From Clostridia bacterium (GTDB lineage: Bacteria; Bacillota; Clostridia; Oscillospirales; CAG-272), in the NCBI GenBank assembly GCA_017416205.1, contig JAFQDC010000072.1, forward strand, positions 1,874 through 65,873: a stretch of DNA of 64,000 nt, written 5' to 3'. Below, piece after piece: positions 9,295 to 17,011 of this stretch. The position numbers were made by a program, and so were the translations under genes. The notes under the pieces are model-generated. The model saw nothing but the letters and a program-made list of their open reading frames with translations. It had not been told where the DNA came from and did no database searches. Numbering within the stretch: position 1 is the stretch's first letter; each line of letters begins with the position of its first letter.

Positions 9295-10575
9295 ATGGAA
9301 CAAGAAGTATCTTTTGAAGCATTGCTGAAAAAGCATCGTGTTGTTGTAGAGCGATATATTAATTTTAGGTTACCAAGCACCTTTGATGCCGATGATGTAA
9401 TTCAAGAAACATACTGTGCGGCTTATATTGGTTACGAAAAGCTTCGCAATAAAGAATTATTCAAGCCTTGGATATTATCTATTGCACGAAATCAATGTAA
9501 TTTATGGTTTCGTAAAAAATACGGTAGCGAGTTGCTTTCGTTAGACGCAATCCCAGATATAGCTGATACCGATACAACGGAAGATAATACTGTATATCAG
9601 GTTTTGAGTTTGTTATCTAAAGAGTATGCGGAACTGTTAAAGCTAACTATTCAAGGATATAAACAAAGTGATATCGCTGAACGATTGAATATTCCGGTAG
9701 GGACTGTAAAGAGTCGCTTACACTATGCGCGAAAACAATTCCGTTCTATGTGTACCCCAGAACAGATTATGATGTTTGAGAAAGGAAGAAAGAATATGCC
9801 AAAGAAAGATCATCCCTGCGGCTTTCCCGAGGATATGCCCGCTCTTATTACAGAGCCAAGCTCACGCCCGTTTTTTGAAGTAAAATGCGCGGATGAATCC
9901 TTTATTGTACCGATTGTCGGAAATAAAAACTCTGAAGGAACATATCGACGCAATAAGCTTGCTTTAGTGTCTACTTGCTACGTTCCCAAGGCGGCTGTTA
10001 TACATGGTGTTAAAGGGGTAAAAGTATGTAGAGATACTTACAATGTAAAAGCTGATAAGTTATATAAAAACGAAAGCGTTTGGTTTTCACAATTAACAGA
10101 TGAATATATTAGAGACCTTGGGACCATTGCTTGTGATAGTGAAGATGATTATCCTACGGGAATCTATACTTTTTTGGAAGAAGATTACGATGTTAATGTA
10201 AATGGTAATGACAGAGTTCACGGCAGACCGCTTTTGATAAACGAGAATCCGCCCAAGATCGTTGATGATAGAATTTATATTGACGAATATAACATCCGAT
10301 ACACAATGGGGAACTTTGTCGTAACAATCGGGGAAAGAACGTTTGAAACGGTAAAATTTATTTGTGTCCGAAACAACTATTATATCACTGAAAATTATGT
10401 CGATACAAACGGAAGGCTTGTTTTTATGCGGTGGTATGAATCGGTTGATTGCTTTAGTCAAACCGAATGGTACACCGATGACTTCAAGAAATACATTGCC
10501 AATAATCCTAAGTTGGTTGTCAATGATATTGAATACTGTCTGGTTGAAACCCGTATCAGCGAATATGCACTATGA
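9295..10575 (+). CDS. ECF-type sigma-70 factor fused to a roughly 260-aa C-terminal domain of unknown function
   Basis: ATG at 9295 with SD aggagg 7 nt upstream. Region 2 (DADDVIQETYCAAY..FKPWILSIARN) and region 4 HTH (QSDIAERLNIPVGTVKSRLHYARKQF). No TM segment in the C-terminal part. Confidence 0.8.
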   Translation: MEQEVSFEALLKKHRVVVERYINFRLPSTFDADDVIQETYCAAYIGYEKLRNKELFKPWILSIARNQCNLWFRKKYGSELLSLDAIPDIADTDTTEDNTVYQVLSLLSKEYAELLKLTIQGYKQSDIAERLNIPVGTVKSRLHYARKQFRSMCTPEQIMMFEKGRKNMPKKDHPCGFPEDMPALITEPSSRPFFEVKCADESFIVPIVGNKNSEGTYRRNKLALVSTCYVPKAAVIHGVKGVKVCRDTYNVKADKLYKNESVWFSQLTDEYIRDLGTIACDSEDDYPTGIYTFLEEDYDVNVNGNDRVHGRPLLINENPPKIVDDRIYIDEYNIRYTMGNFVVTIGERTFETVKFICVRNNYYITENYVDTNGRLVFMRWYESVDCFSQTEWYTDDFKKYIANNPKLVVNDIEYCLVETRISEYAL

Positions 10576-10580
10576 TCCTT

Positions 10581-10605
10581 GCCCCGCCGCGCGCGGGGCT
10601 TTTTC
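10581..10605 (+). terminator. Rho-independent terminator of the sigma gene
   Basis: gccccgc-cgcg-cgcggggc followed by ttttt. Confidence 0.8.
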
Positions 10606-10621
10606 TTTGCTTTACCGTATG

Positions 10622-10650
10622 AAAAAGCCACCACGAAAAACGTGGCGGCT
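10622..10650 (-). terminator. Rho-independent terminator of the minus-strand GTPase operon
   Basis: Minus strand reads agccgccacg-ttttt-cgtggtggc followed by ttttt. Confidence 0.7.
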
Positions 10651-10716
10651 AAATTCAAATTCACTGATAATTTTGTTTGACGGTTATATTATATTCACCC
10701 GATAAGAATATAACTA

Positions 10717-11661
10717 TCAATAAAACGTAGCAACGGGGGGCTCTGCGGCGGGGGCGTAGAGTACCTTTTTTGCTGTGAGAACGGGGCCGGGGCCCTGATA
10801 CATCTTATGTGGCTTTATGTCGATGCGTCCTTCAACGGTCACCCAGTCGTAGCTCTTAAGGCCCTCGCACTTTGACCATTTGCATACCATAGGTGTGTAC
10901 TGGATATCATCAGCACAGCAGGTCATAACGTGACGGCCGACGAGCATTACGTTGTCGCCCATTTCGCGGTCAATGGCAACGAGCGCCTTGAATCGAACGG
11001 TCTTGCCGTCATAATCCTGCATACACTCGCAAAGATCGCGGTAGAAAAGAGCGTAGTCGCGGTCCTCAATAACGATAACGTCCGCCTCCTTGTCAAAGGG
11101 AAGGGGATCCTCGATCTCGTCGTAAGCGATCTCGCCCGTAACCTTTTCATAAATGATGGAGGCTGTGCGGGAAAGTCCGCGGACTATCTTGTGGAATTCC
11201 ATAGTGTCCATAACGTCTGTAATGCGGTTAAAGATTATCATATCCGCAGACTGGATCTTGTCCACAACGAGGCTGCGCATATTTGCGTTATAGGCAATGG
11301 CTGTGGCAGAATCAAAGAAAAGAATGTTCTGACCTATGATCCAGTGCTCGGGAGCTGCCTCGAAAAGGTCGGAAAGCTGCCACATACCGTTGTATTCGAT
11401 AAGTATTTTCGTTGCGTTGTGCTTTTTCTGAAGCTTTATGAAAAGCTCGGGACACATATCCTCGCTGTCCTCAATGACCTCGTAGAATACGTCGGAAGAT
11501 GGGAACAGGGTAGGATCAAGCTCCTCCTCGCCCTCCTCGCAGGCGATAACGAGAACTCTCTCGCCCTCGGTAAAGCGCTTGTCCTGAAGAGTTTCCTGAA
11601 TGAACTTTGTCTTGCCGGACTCAAGAAAGCCGGTGACCAGATATACGGGTGTATCCTGCAT
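10717..11661 (-). CDS. Degenerate G3E/COG0523-like P-loop protein with a DUF1980-like C-terminal domain
   Basis: ATG at 11661 with SD gagagga. Walker A GFLESGKT. No CxCC motif (IACEEGEEELD in its place). C-terminal RHVMTCCADDIQ recalls the CCxxD motif of DUF1980/TIGR03943 proteins. Start lies 15 nt after the stop of the upstream COG0523 gene. Confidence 0.6.
   Translation of the reverse strand: MQDTPVYLVTGFLESGKTKFIQETLQDKRFTEGERVLVIACEEGEEELDPTLFPSSDVFYEVIEDSEDMCPELFIKLQKKHNATKILIEYNGMWQLSDLFEAAPEHWIIGQNILFFDSATAIAYNANMRSLVVDKIQSADMIIFNRITDVMDTMEFHKIVRGLSRTASIIYEKVTGEIAYDEIEDPLPFDKEADVIVIEDRDYALFYRDLCECMQDYDGKTVRFKALVAIDREMGDNVMLVGRHVMTCCADDIQYTPMVCKWSKCEGLKSYDWVTVEGRIDIKPHKMYQGPGPVLTAKKVLYAPAAEPPVATFY
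10730..10760 (+). repeat. Direct repeat copy 2 (inside the last 12 codons of CDS 10717-11661)
   Basis: gcaacggggggctctgcggcgggggcgtaga; see 9133-9163. Confidence 0.8.
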
Positions 11662-11676
11662 TTTTGTTCCTCTCAA

Positions 11677-12945
11677 TTACTTAAAAAGTTTTTCAAGGGC
11701 CTCTTCCTTGATGCCTGAGCCGATAACGCAGAGTCTGCCGGTGGTTGCGGCATTTCCCTGTCTGATCTCGGCTTCTCCGGGTGTGTAGTCGAAATGATAC
11801 CAGCAGCCGTCACCTGCAACGATTCCCTTTGCTCGGAGCACCATACCGCACTGCTGCTCGTTTTCAAGAGCTGAGAGAGCTGCCTTCAGCTCCTCCTCTG
11901 TGTAGCGGTGAGCAGTTTCCTTGCCCCAGCTTGTGAATACCTCGTCGGCGTGGTGGTGATGGTGGCTGTGGTCGTGGCATCCGCAGGAGCAGCCTTCATC
12001 GTGATCGTGGTGGTGATGATGCTCGTGGTCGTGGCAATGGCACTCCTCATCGTGGTCGTGATGGTGGTGATGCTCGTGGTCGTGACAGCAGCACTCCTCA
12101 TCGTGGTCGTGGTGGTGATGATGCTCGTGGTCGTGGCAATGGCACTCCTCATCGTGGTCGTGATGGTGGTGATGCTCGTGGTCGTGGCAATGGCACTCCT
12201 CATCGTGGTCATGGTGGTGATGGTGCTCGTGGTCGTGACAGCAGCACTCCTCGTTATGATCGTGATGGTGATGATGGTGATGGCCGTGATGATGACCGCA
12301 CTCGGGGCAGATCTCCTCCTCTGTGAGAGCCTTCAGCTCGTCCTCAAGGGTAAGAGTTTTTTCCATTGCGGAAAGGATCTGCTCGCCCGTAAGCTCGCTC
12401 CAGTCTGTTGTAACGATCTCAGCGGAGCTGTTGTGCTGTCTGATAAGATCGCAGGTAGCGGCGATCTTTTCATCGGAAAGGCTCTGAGTGTGGCTGAGAA
12501 CGATGGTGCTTGCGCTTTCGATCTGATTGTTGAAGAATTCGCCGAAATTCTTCATATACATCTTGCACTTCTTTGCATCAACCACTGCAGTTGCGGAGTT
12601 GAGCTTTACGTTTTCAAGGTTGAGGTCGGTAACCGCCTTGATAACGTCGGAAAGCTTGCCAACTCCTGAGGGCTCGATAAGTATGCGCTCGGGAGAATAG
12701 TCCTCGATGACACGGGCAAGAGCTTTGCCGAAATCGCCAACGAGAGAGCAGCAGATGCAGCCGGAGTTCATCTCTGTGATCTGAATGCCTGCTTCCTCCA
12801 AAAAACCTCCGTCAATACCGATATCGCCGAACTCGTTTTCGATAACAACAAGCTTTTCTCCCGCAAAAGCTTCACTGATAAGCTTTTTTATGAGCGTAGT
12901 CTTGCCTGCGCCGAGAAAGCCGGAAAAAATGTCTATCTTTATCAT
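11677..12945 (-). CDS. COG0523-family metallochaperone GTPase (CobW/ZigA/YeiR-like) with a 120-aa His/Cys/Asp/Glu-rich insert
   Basis: Walker A GFLGAGKTT, metal motif GCICC, switch IEPSGVG, CobW-C-like end (RAKGIV..W..FDY). His-rich insert spans aa 213-332. Confidence 0.9.
   Translation of the reverse strand: MIKIDIFSGFLGAGKTTLIKKLISEAFAGEKLVVIENEFGDIGIDGGFLEEAGIQITEMNSGCICCSLVGDFGKALARVIEDYSPERILIEPSGVGKLSDVIKAVTDLNLENVKLNSATAVVDAKKCKMYMKNFGEFFNNQIESASTIVLSHTQSLSDEKIAATCDLIRQHNSSAEIVTTDWSELTGEQILSAMEKTLTLEDELKALTEEEICPECGHHHGHHHHHHHDHNEECCCHDHEHHHHHDHDEECHCHDHEHHHHHDHDEECHCHDHEHHHHHDHDEECCCHDHEHHHHHDHDEECHCHDHEHHHHHDHDEGCSCGCHDHSHHHHHADEVFTSWGKETAHRYTEEELKAALSALENEQQCGMVLRAKGIVAGDGCWYHFDYTPGEAEIRQGNAATTGRLCVIGSGIKEEALEKLFK
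11983..12237 (-). repeat. In-frame 51-bp tandem repeat x5 encoding HDHEHHHHHDHDEEC(H/C)C
   Basis: Five consecutive 17-aa units (aa 237-321 of CDS 11677-12945), flanked by partial units CPECGHHHGHHHHHHHDHNEECCC and GCHDHSHHHHH. Confidence 0.9.
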
Positions 12946-13126
12946 GATTTTATATTCCTTTCAGTAATGTGATCTGCGTACAACATATCATTATACTCCT
13001 CTTTTTTTATTATTTCAATGAAATTGTGTGAATTAATCCGTAATTTGAAAGATACATATGTTTGTGTTGACATAATCGCGGATTTGGTGTAAAATATCCT
13101 TAGTTTTGCGAAAGGAGATCTGCGCC

Positions 13127-14419
13127 GTGAGTCAGAGTATGTACCCCGATAATAACAGGAATATGAAAAGAAGCGCAGGTGCTCCCCGCGCTCAAAGTCC
13201 CGATCCCAGAGAGCTTCAGAGAAGAAGAGGGCAGAACGCTTATCATGGAAGACCGATGCCCAAAAGAGGTCAGGGGACAGACGTAAAGCAGATCCCGAGA
13301 GATCATATGCGCCCGAAAGCTGAAGGCGCAGAAAGAAGAGCACCCGCAGGGCAGACCCCCCCCCGTCCCGCTGAAAGCAAAAGCCGTGGGGCCTCCGCTG
13401 TGAAGGAGAAAAAGATGGGCACCAATATGGTGCTTGCGGCAGTGCTCCTTTGCCTTGTTCTGATCCTCGGAGTGGTATTCGGCGTTCAGTCCTGCATGAA
13501 GGGTGACGATGAGGATGACTATCTTGGTAACGATAAGGTAGTTCTGGCAACTACAGATCTCGGCGACGCAGATCTGCGCATGCCCGGCTATCTTAAGCCT
13601 GCAAAATATACGGACAGCACGAAGACTCTTTCAATTGAAAGCGGCTACGGTATCCTTATAGATCTTGATTCAAATACTGTCATCGCCACAAAGGGCGGCG
13701 ACGATAAGATATTCCCCGCGTCAATGACAAAGGTAATGACTCTTATCGTGGCGTATGAAAATCTCAAAAGCCTTGATAAGACTTATACCTTCAATGCCGA
13801 AATGCTTGACGAGCTCTATCTTGCCAATGCCTCCGTTGCAGGCTTTAAGGCGGGAGAAACGGTAAGCGCGCGCGATCTTCTTTACGGAGCTATCCTTCCC
13901 TCAGGCGGTGACGCTACCAATGCACTTGCAGAGCTCGTTGCGGGAAGCGAGGAGGATTTCGCGTTCCTTATGAATGAAAAGGTGGCAGAGCTTGGCCTTA
14001 AGAATACTCATTTCGTAACGGCAAGCGGACTTCATCACGACGATCATTATACCACCTGCCACGATATGGCAAAGATACTTGAATACGCTATTTCAAAGCC
14101 TGAGCTGAGAGAGATACTCTCTACGTATCAGTATACGACGGCGCCCACCGAGCAGCATCCCGAGGGAATACTCCTGACGAGCACAATGTATTCCAGAATG
14201 AAGGGCGATGAGGTGGGAGAGGGCTTCTACGTTCAGGGCGGAAAGACGGGATATACAAACGAGGGCAAAAACTGCCTTTGCACCTTTGCGTCAAACTGCC
14301 GTGAGGACGAATCCCTGACTGCAAAGCCTCAGTATATTCTTGTAACCGCATTTGCGGCGGGTGAATATACTCCCGTATACGACGCTATCGACGTGTACGA
14401 AAAATATTGCGCTTATTAA
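13127..14419 (+). CDS. D-alanyl-D-alanine carboxypeptidase (peptidase S11) with a basic disordered N-terminus and a TM anchor
   Basis: SxxK (PASMTKV), SGxD (PSGGDATN) and KTG (GGKTGYT) motifs. GTG at 13127 lies 9 nt after aggag; ATG at 13139 is an alternative start. Confidence 0.85.
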   Translation: MSQSMYPDNNRNMKRSAGAPRAQSPDPRELQRRRGQNAYHGRPMPKRGQGTDVKQIPRDHMRPKAEGAERRAPAGQTPPRPAESKSRGASAVKEKKMGTNMVLAAVLLCLVLILGVVFGVQSCMKGDDEDDYLGNDKVVLATTDLGDADLRMPGYLKPAKYTDSTKTLSIESGYGILIDLDSNTVIATKGGDDKIFPASMTKVMTLIVAYENLKSLDKTYTFNAEMLDELYLANASVAGFKAGETVSARDLLYGAILPSGGDATNALAELVAGSEEDFAFLMNEKVAELGLKNTHFVTASGLHHDDHYTTCHDMAKILEYAISKPELREILSTYQYTTAPTEQHPEGILLTSTMYSRMKGDEVGEGFYVQGGKTGYTNEGKNCLCTFASNCREDESLTAKPQYILVTAFAAGEYTPVYDAIDVYEKYCAY

Positions 14420-14437
14420 AATTCAAAATTGCATATC

Positions 14438-14466
14438 AAGGCTTCTGCATTTGCAGAGGCCTTTTT
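14438..14466 (+). terminator. Rho-independent terminator
   Basis: aaggcttctgca-tt-tgcagaggcc followed by ttttt. Confidence 0.75.
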
Positions 14467-14568
14467 CATTGCAAGGTACGCAAAAAACAAATATTCTGTA
14501 TGTCAACATGGGAATTTGTGGATTTAGTTGAAACAATGTACTACAAGGACGAATTGCATAAATACCCA

Positions 14569-14599
14569 TTGACATTGACGCGGCGTCAAGTGATACTAT
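14569..14599 (+). promoter_or_regulatory. MerR-type promoter: -35 TTGACA, 19-nt spacer containing the palindrome TTGACGC-G-GCGTCAA, -10 TACTAT
   Basis: Read directly: ttgaca ttgacgcggcgtcaagtga tactat, about 20 nt upstream of the MerR gene start. A 19-nt spacer with a dyad operator is the classical MerR-family layout. Confidence 0.65.
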
Positions 14600-14617
14600 A
14601 TATACGGAGGGTACGAT

Positions 14618-15328
14618 ATGGAAATTTTATATGATATTACCGCTGTATGTAAAGAGCTTGGTACGACTTCAAGAAGCCTTCGACATTGGGAGGAAAAGGG
14701 AATCGTCGAAAGCACGAAAAGTCCTTTTTCAAATCGAAGGCAGTACTCTGAAGCACAGGTGGAAAACATTAAAAAAGTGATCTTTCTTCGCTCTATCGGG
14801 ATACCGATAACGGATATTCAAAAGTGGCAGATGTCGGGGGAGGATATAAAGGTGTTTATCGAGGAAAGACGAAGCCGTCTTCTCAGCTTTATAGAAAGAA
14901 AGGTGCAGGAATACGAGAGACTTTCGGATGCTTATATGTCACTTTGCGACGGGAACGATATTTTTAAAGTCAAAGAAAGCGGTGTAATACCAAATGCAGA
15001 GCAGTTAAGGATAGCCGGAGAATGCACCGTTTCTATCATCTCGGGAGAGCTGGCTGTTTGCCTGTCTTATTTTTCCCAAAAGATGAAGGACTATATGCCC
15101 CTTGAGGTTTTCAGAAAAGTAAGAGAGGATACCTTGATTCCCTTGGGAGAGTATTCGGGCAGCTATACCTTGGAAGCGGACAGAAAAAACGCAAACGTTG
15201 TTTTCGCCCGCCTTAATTATGAAAAGCTGGGGCTCTGTATAAAGTACGTTTTCTCCGGAAATAAGCTTCACGGACTGTGGTTTAACTATTACGGAGACAA
15301 CCAAACGCAAATACAGGAGGAATTATGA
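14618..15328 (+). CDS. MerR-family transcriptional regulator with an uncharacterised C-terminal domain
   Basis: N-terminal HTH ITAVCKELGTTSRSLRHWEEKGIV, then a coiled linker and a roughly 120-aa C-terminal domain. Confidence 0.85.
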   Translation: MEILYDITAVCKELGTTSRSLRHWEEKGIVESTKSPFSNRRQYSEAQVENIKKVIFLRSIGIPITDIQKWQMSGEDIKVFIEERRSRLLSFIERKVQEYERLSDAYMSLCDGNDIFKVKESGVIPNAEQLRIAGECTVSIISGELAVCLSYFSQKMKDYMPLEVFRKVREDTLIPLGEYSGSYTLEADRKNANVVFARLNYEKLGLCIKYVFSGNKLHGLWFNYYGDNQTQIQEEL

Positions 15329-15570
15329 AAAAGATAGTGCTTACGTGGGGGCTGTGGCCTGACACAGTAGTGTTCACCGTAGTAGTTACCGTCATCGCAA
15401 TGATCATCGCCCAGATAATAATATCCCGTCAAAAATACGTGTGTCCAAAATGCGGTGCAGTCATAAGCCCGAAATGGTATCATCTTTCCGCATCCTTGCA
15501 TATGGGCAGCGACAGAATCGTAAAATGTCCCCATTGCAAACGCAAGGGCTTTTGCAGAAAGGTCGATTGA
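15325..15570 (+). CDS. Small membrane protein with a zinc-ribbon (CPKCG..CPHCKRKG)
   Basis: One TM helix followed by two CxxC pairs. Start overlaps the MerR stop by 4 nt (ATGA). Confidence 0.6.
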   Translation: MKKIVLTWGLWPDTVVFTVVVTVIAMIIAQIIISRQKYVCPKCGAVISPKWYHLSASLHMGSDRIVKCPHCKRKGFCRKVD

Positions 15571-15571
15571 T

Positions 15572-16027
15572 ATGAAAGTATATTATATTGTAACAATAGG
15601 TACAAATATAATATCCCTGCTTATCTTTCGGCAGCATATCCGTCTGAGTATGGCAAGCGCAGTACCCGCAGTTGTGATCTTTCTTCTTGCTTTGTGGTCG
15701 TTTTTCTATAACGAACAATGGAGCAAAAAAGTGAGGGGAGATACGTCGTATACCGTTTCGGGGGAGAGGTTTTCCGAAGAAGAGCAGAAAGCCTTGTTTT
15801 CCTGCTTCTCAAAAAGCTTTCGGATCATGATGCCTCTATGCATTCCTTTTATGTTTTTCTTTCCCGATTTTGTAAAGGTATGCTCCGTTGGACTGTGCTT
15901 TTTCGGAATGATTTTTGGCAGAATGATGTTTAATAAAAAATATTCTGCGACAGTGCGTACCCGTATCGAAAAAGAAAAAAGTGAGTTGGAATCCCAAATA
16001 AAAAAAGAAGAAACCGGAAGGTTTTAA
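15572..16027 (+). CDS. Small multi-pass membrane protein
   Basis: Four hydrophobic segments and a Lys/Glu-rich tail. Start lies 1 nt after the previous stop. Confidence 0.55.
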   Translation: MKVYYIVTIGTNIISLLIFRQHIRLSMASAVPAVVIFLLALWSFFYNEQWSKKVRGDTSYTVSGERFSEEEQKALFSCFSKSFRIMMPLCIPFMFFFPDFVKVCSVGLCFFGMIFGRMMFNKKYSATVRTRIEKEKSELESQIKKEETGRF

Positions 16028-16090
16028 GAACGTATCAGAATAAGAAATCAAATATTACTGTATATCAACAAAGGAAACTGTGGATTTATT

Positions 16091-16272
16091 TGTAGGGATC
16101 GACGTCCTCGACGATCCGCGGACGTGAAGTTAATCTGAATTCAAAGTTTACTTGTCCGCTCTGTCCTCGCTTTAGCGAGGACCTAAGTTAAACCGCCCTC
16201 CCGCCAACAGACGTAACGTTTGGCTGTGAATATCGTCTCGAGAACGGGTCGTCGGGGACGTCGACCCCTACA
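16091..16272. repeat. GTAG-capped nested-hairpin element, copy A
   Basis: tgtagggatcgacgtcctcgacgatcc ... gggtcgtcggggacgtcgacccctaca. The interior carries the gtcctcgc-ttta-gcgaggac hairpin module, which is shared with 28074-28093 and 31463-31482. Confidence 0.75.
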
Positions 16273-16423
16273 AGGACGAATTGTGAAATCGTTCGATTGT
16301 TTAACAAATATAATGACCAAAAGAAGGGTGAATTGCATTTCACCTTTCTTTTTTTGCATCTTACGAATGAGCGGTTGAATTATGCTTCGACCGTTGATAT
16401 ACTTTTGTCAAGGAGGGGTGAAA

Positions 16424-17011
16424 ATGAAAGTTCAGTACATAACCCAAACGGATCTTGAGCGTGTAATACAGGAAAATATAGAAAGAACTCAAATGAAAAA
16501 CACCTATGTCTATCACGCTGTATCAAAGATGGTGCCATATATTATTTACTTTATGACGATAATAATAACTGCCTATTCAACGGCTGTTTTGTTCAAAGAA
16601 AAAGATATTAAAGAAATTGCTCTGATGATATTATGGTGTTTTTTTACTTATGTGTTATTAACAGTTGTACACGAAGGCACGCACATTGTCGCAGTAGGAA
16701 TTGTAGGCAAAAAAGGTGGTGAAGTTTATTTGACAGTTGGTCAAAGAGGAATATCTGTTCTCTATAACGGATGTTTAACAAAGAAAAAACACGTTTTTTA
16801 TGTGATATCCCCCTATGTTTTAGTAAACATTTTAATGGTCGGAATGTTTTTGGCAGGAGGAGATATATATAAAATTTTATGGGTATTAATGTCAAACTTG
16901 TGTGTGTCGGTGTCAGATATAATGTCTTGCATATATTTGGTTATGAAAATACCTAAAAAGTCATTTCTGTACGGTAATTATTACAGCTTAAAAGAAGAGG
17001 TGATTGTGTGA
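16424..17011 (+). CDS. Membrane-embedded putative zinc metalloprotease (HExxH; DUF3267-like)
   Basis: ATG at 16424 with SD aaggagg. HEGTH motif on a TM helix. 4-5 TM segments. Confidence 0.6.
   Translation: MKVQYITQTDLERVIQENIERTQMKNTYVYHAVSKMVPYIIYFMTIIITAYSTAVLFKEKDIKEIALMILWCFFTYVLLTVVHEGTHIVAVGIVGKKGGEVYLTVGQRGISVLYNGCLTKKKHVFYVISPYVLVNILMVGMFLAGGDIYKILWVLMSNLCVSVSDIMSCIYLVMKIPKKSFLYGNYYSLKEEVIV

Noticed and set aside
11950-12309. Regular short repeats that could be mistaken for a CRISPR array or a minisatellite
   Set aside because: The 51-bp units are contiguous with no spacers, in-frame, and inside a CDS with intact flanking GTPase and CobW-C domains. This is a coding tandem repeat, not a CRISPR array.
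13031-13045. Possible Zur/Fur-type box (aattaatccgtaatt) upstream of the COG0523 operon
   Set aside because: It is only a 5-bp AT-only dyad in AT-rich promoter DNA. It does not match the TCGTAAT-N-ATTACGA Zur core, so it is too weak to call without a genome-wide matrix.
12942-13550. 202-aa minus-strand ORF upstream of the COG0523 gene
   Set aside because: It overlaps the promoter region and the 5' part of the carboxypeptidase gene in antisense. It is Arg/Ser/Pro-rich, as expected from the complement of the basic N-terminal region, and has no SD.
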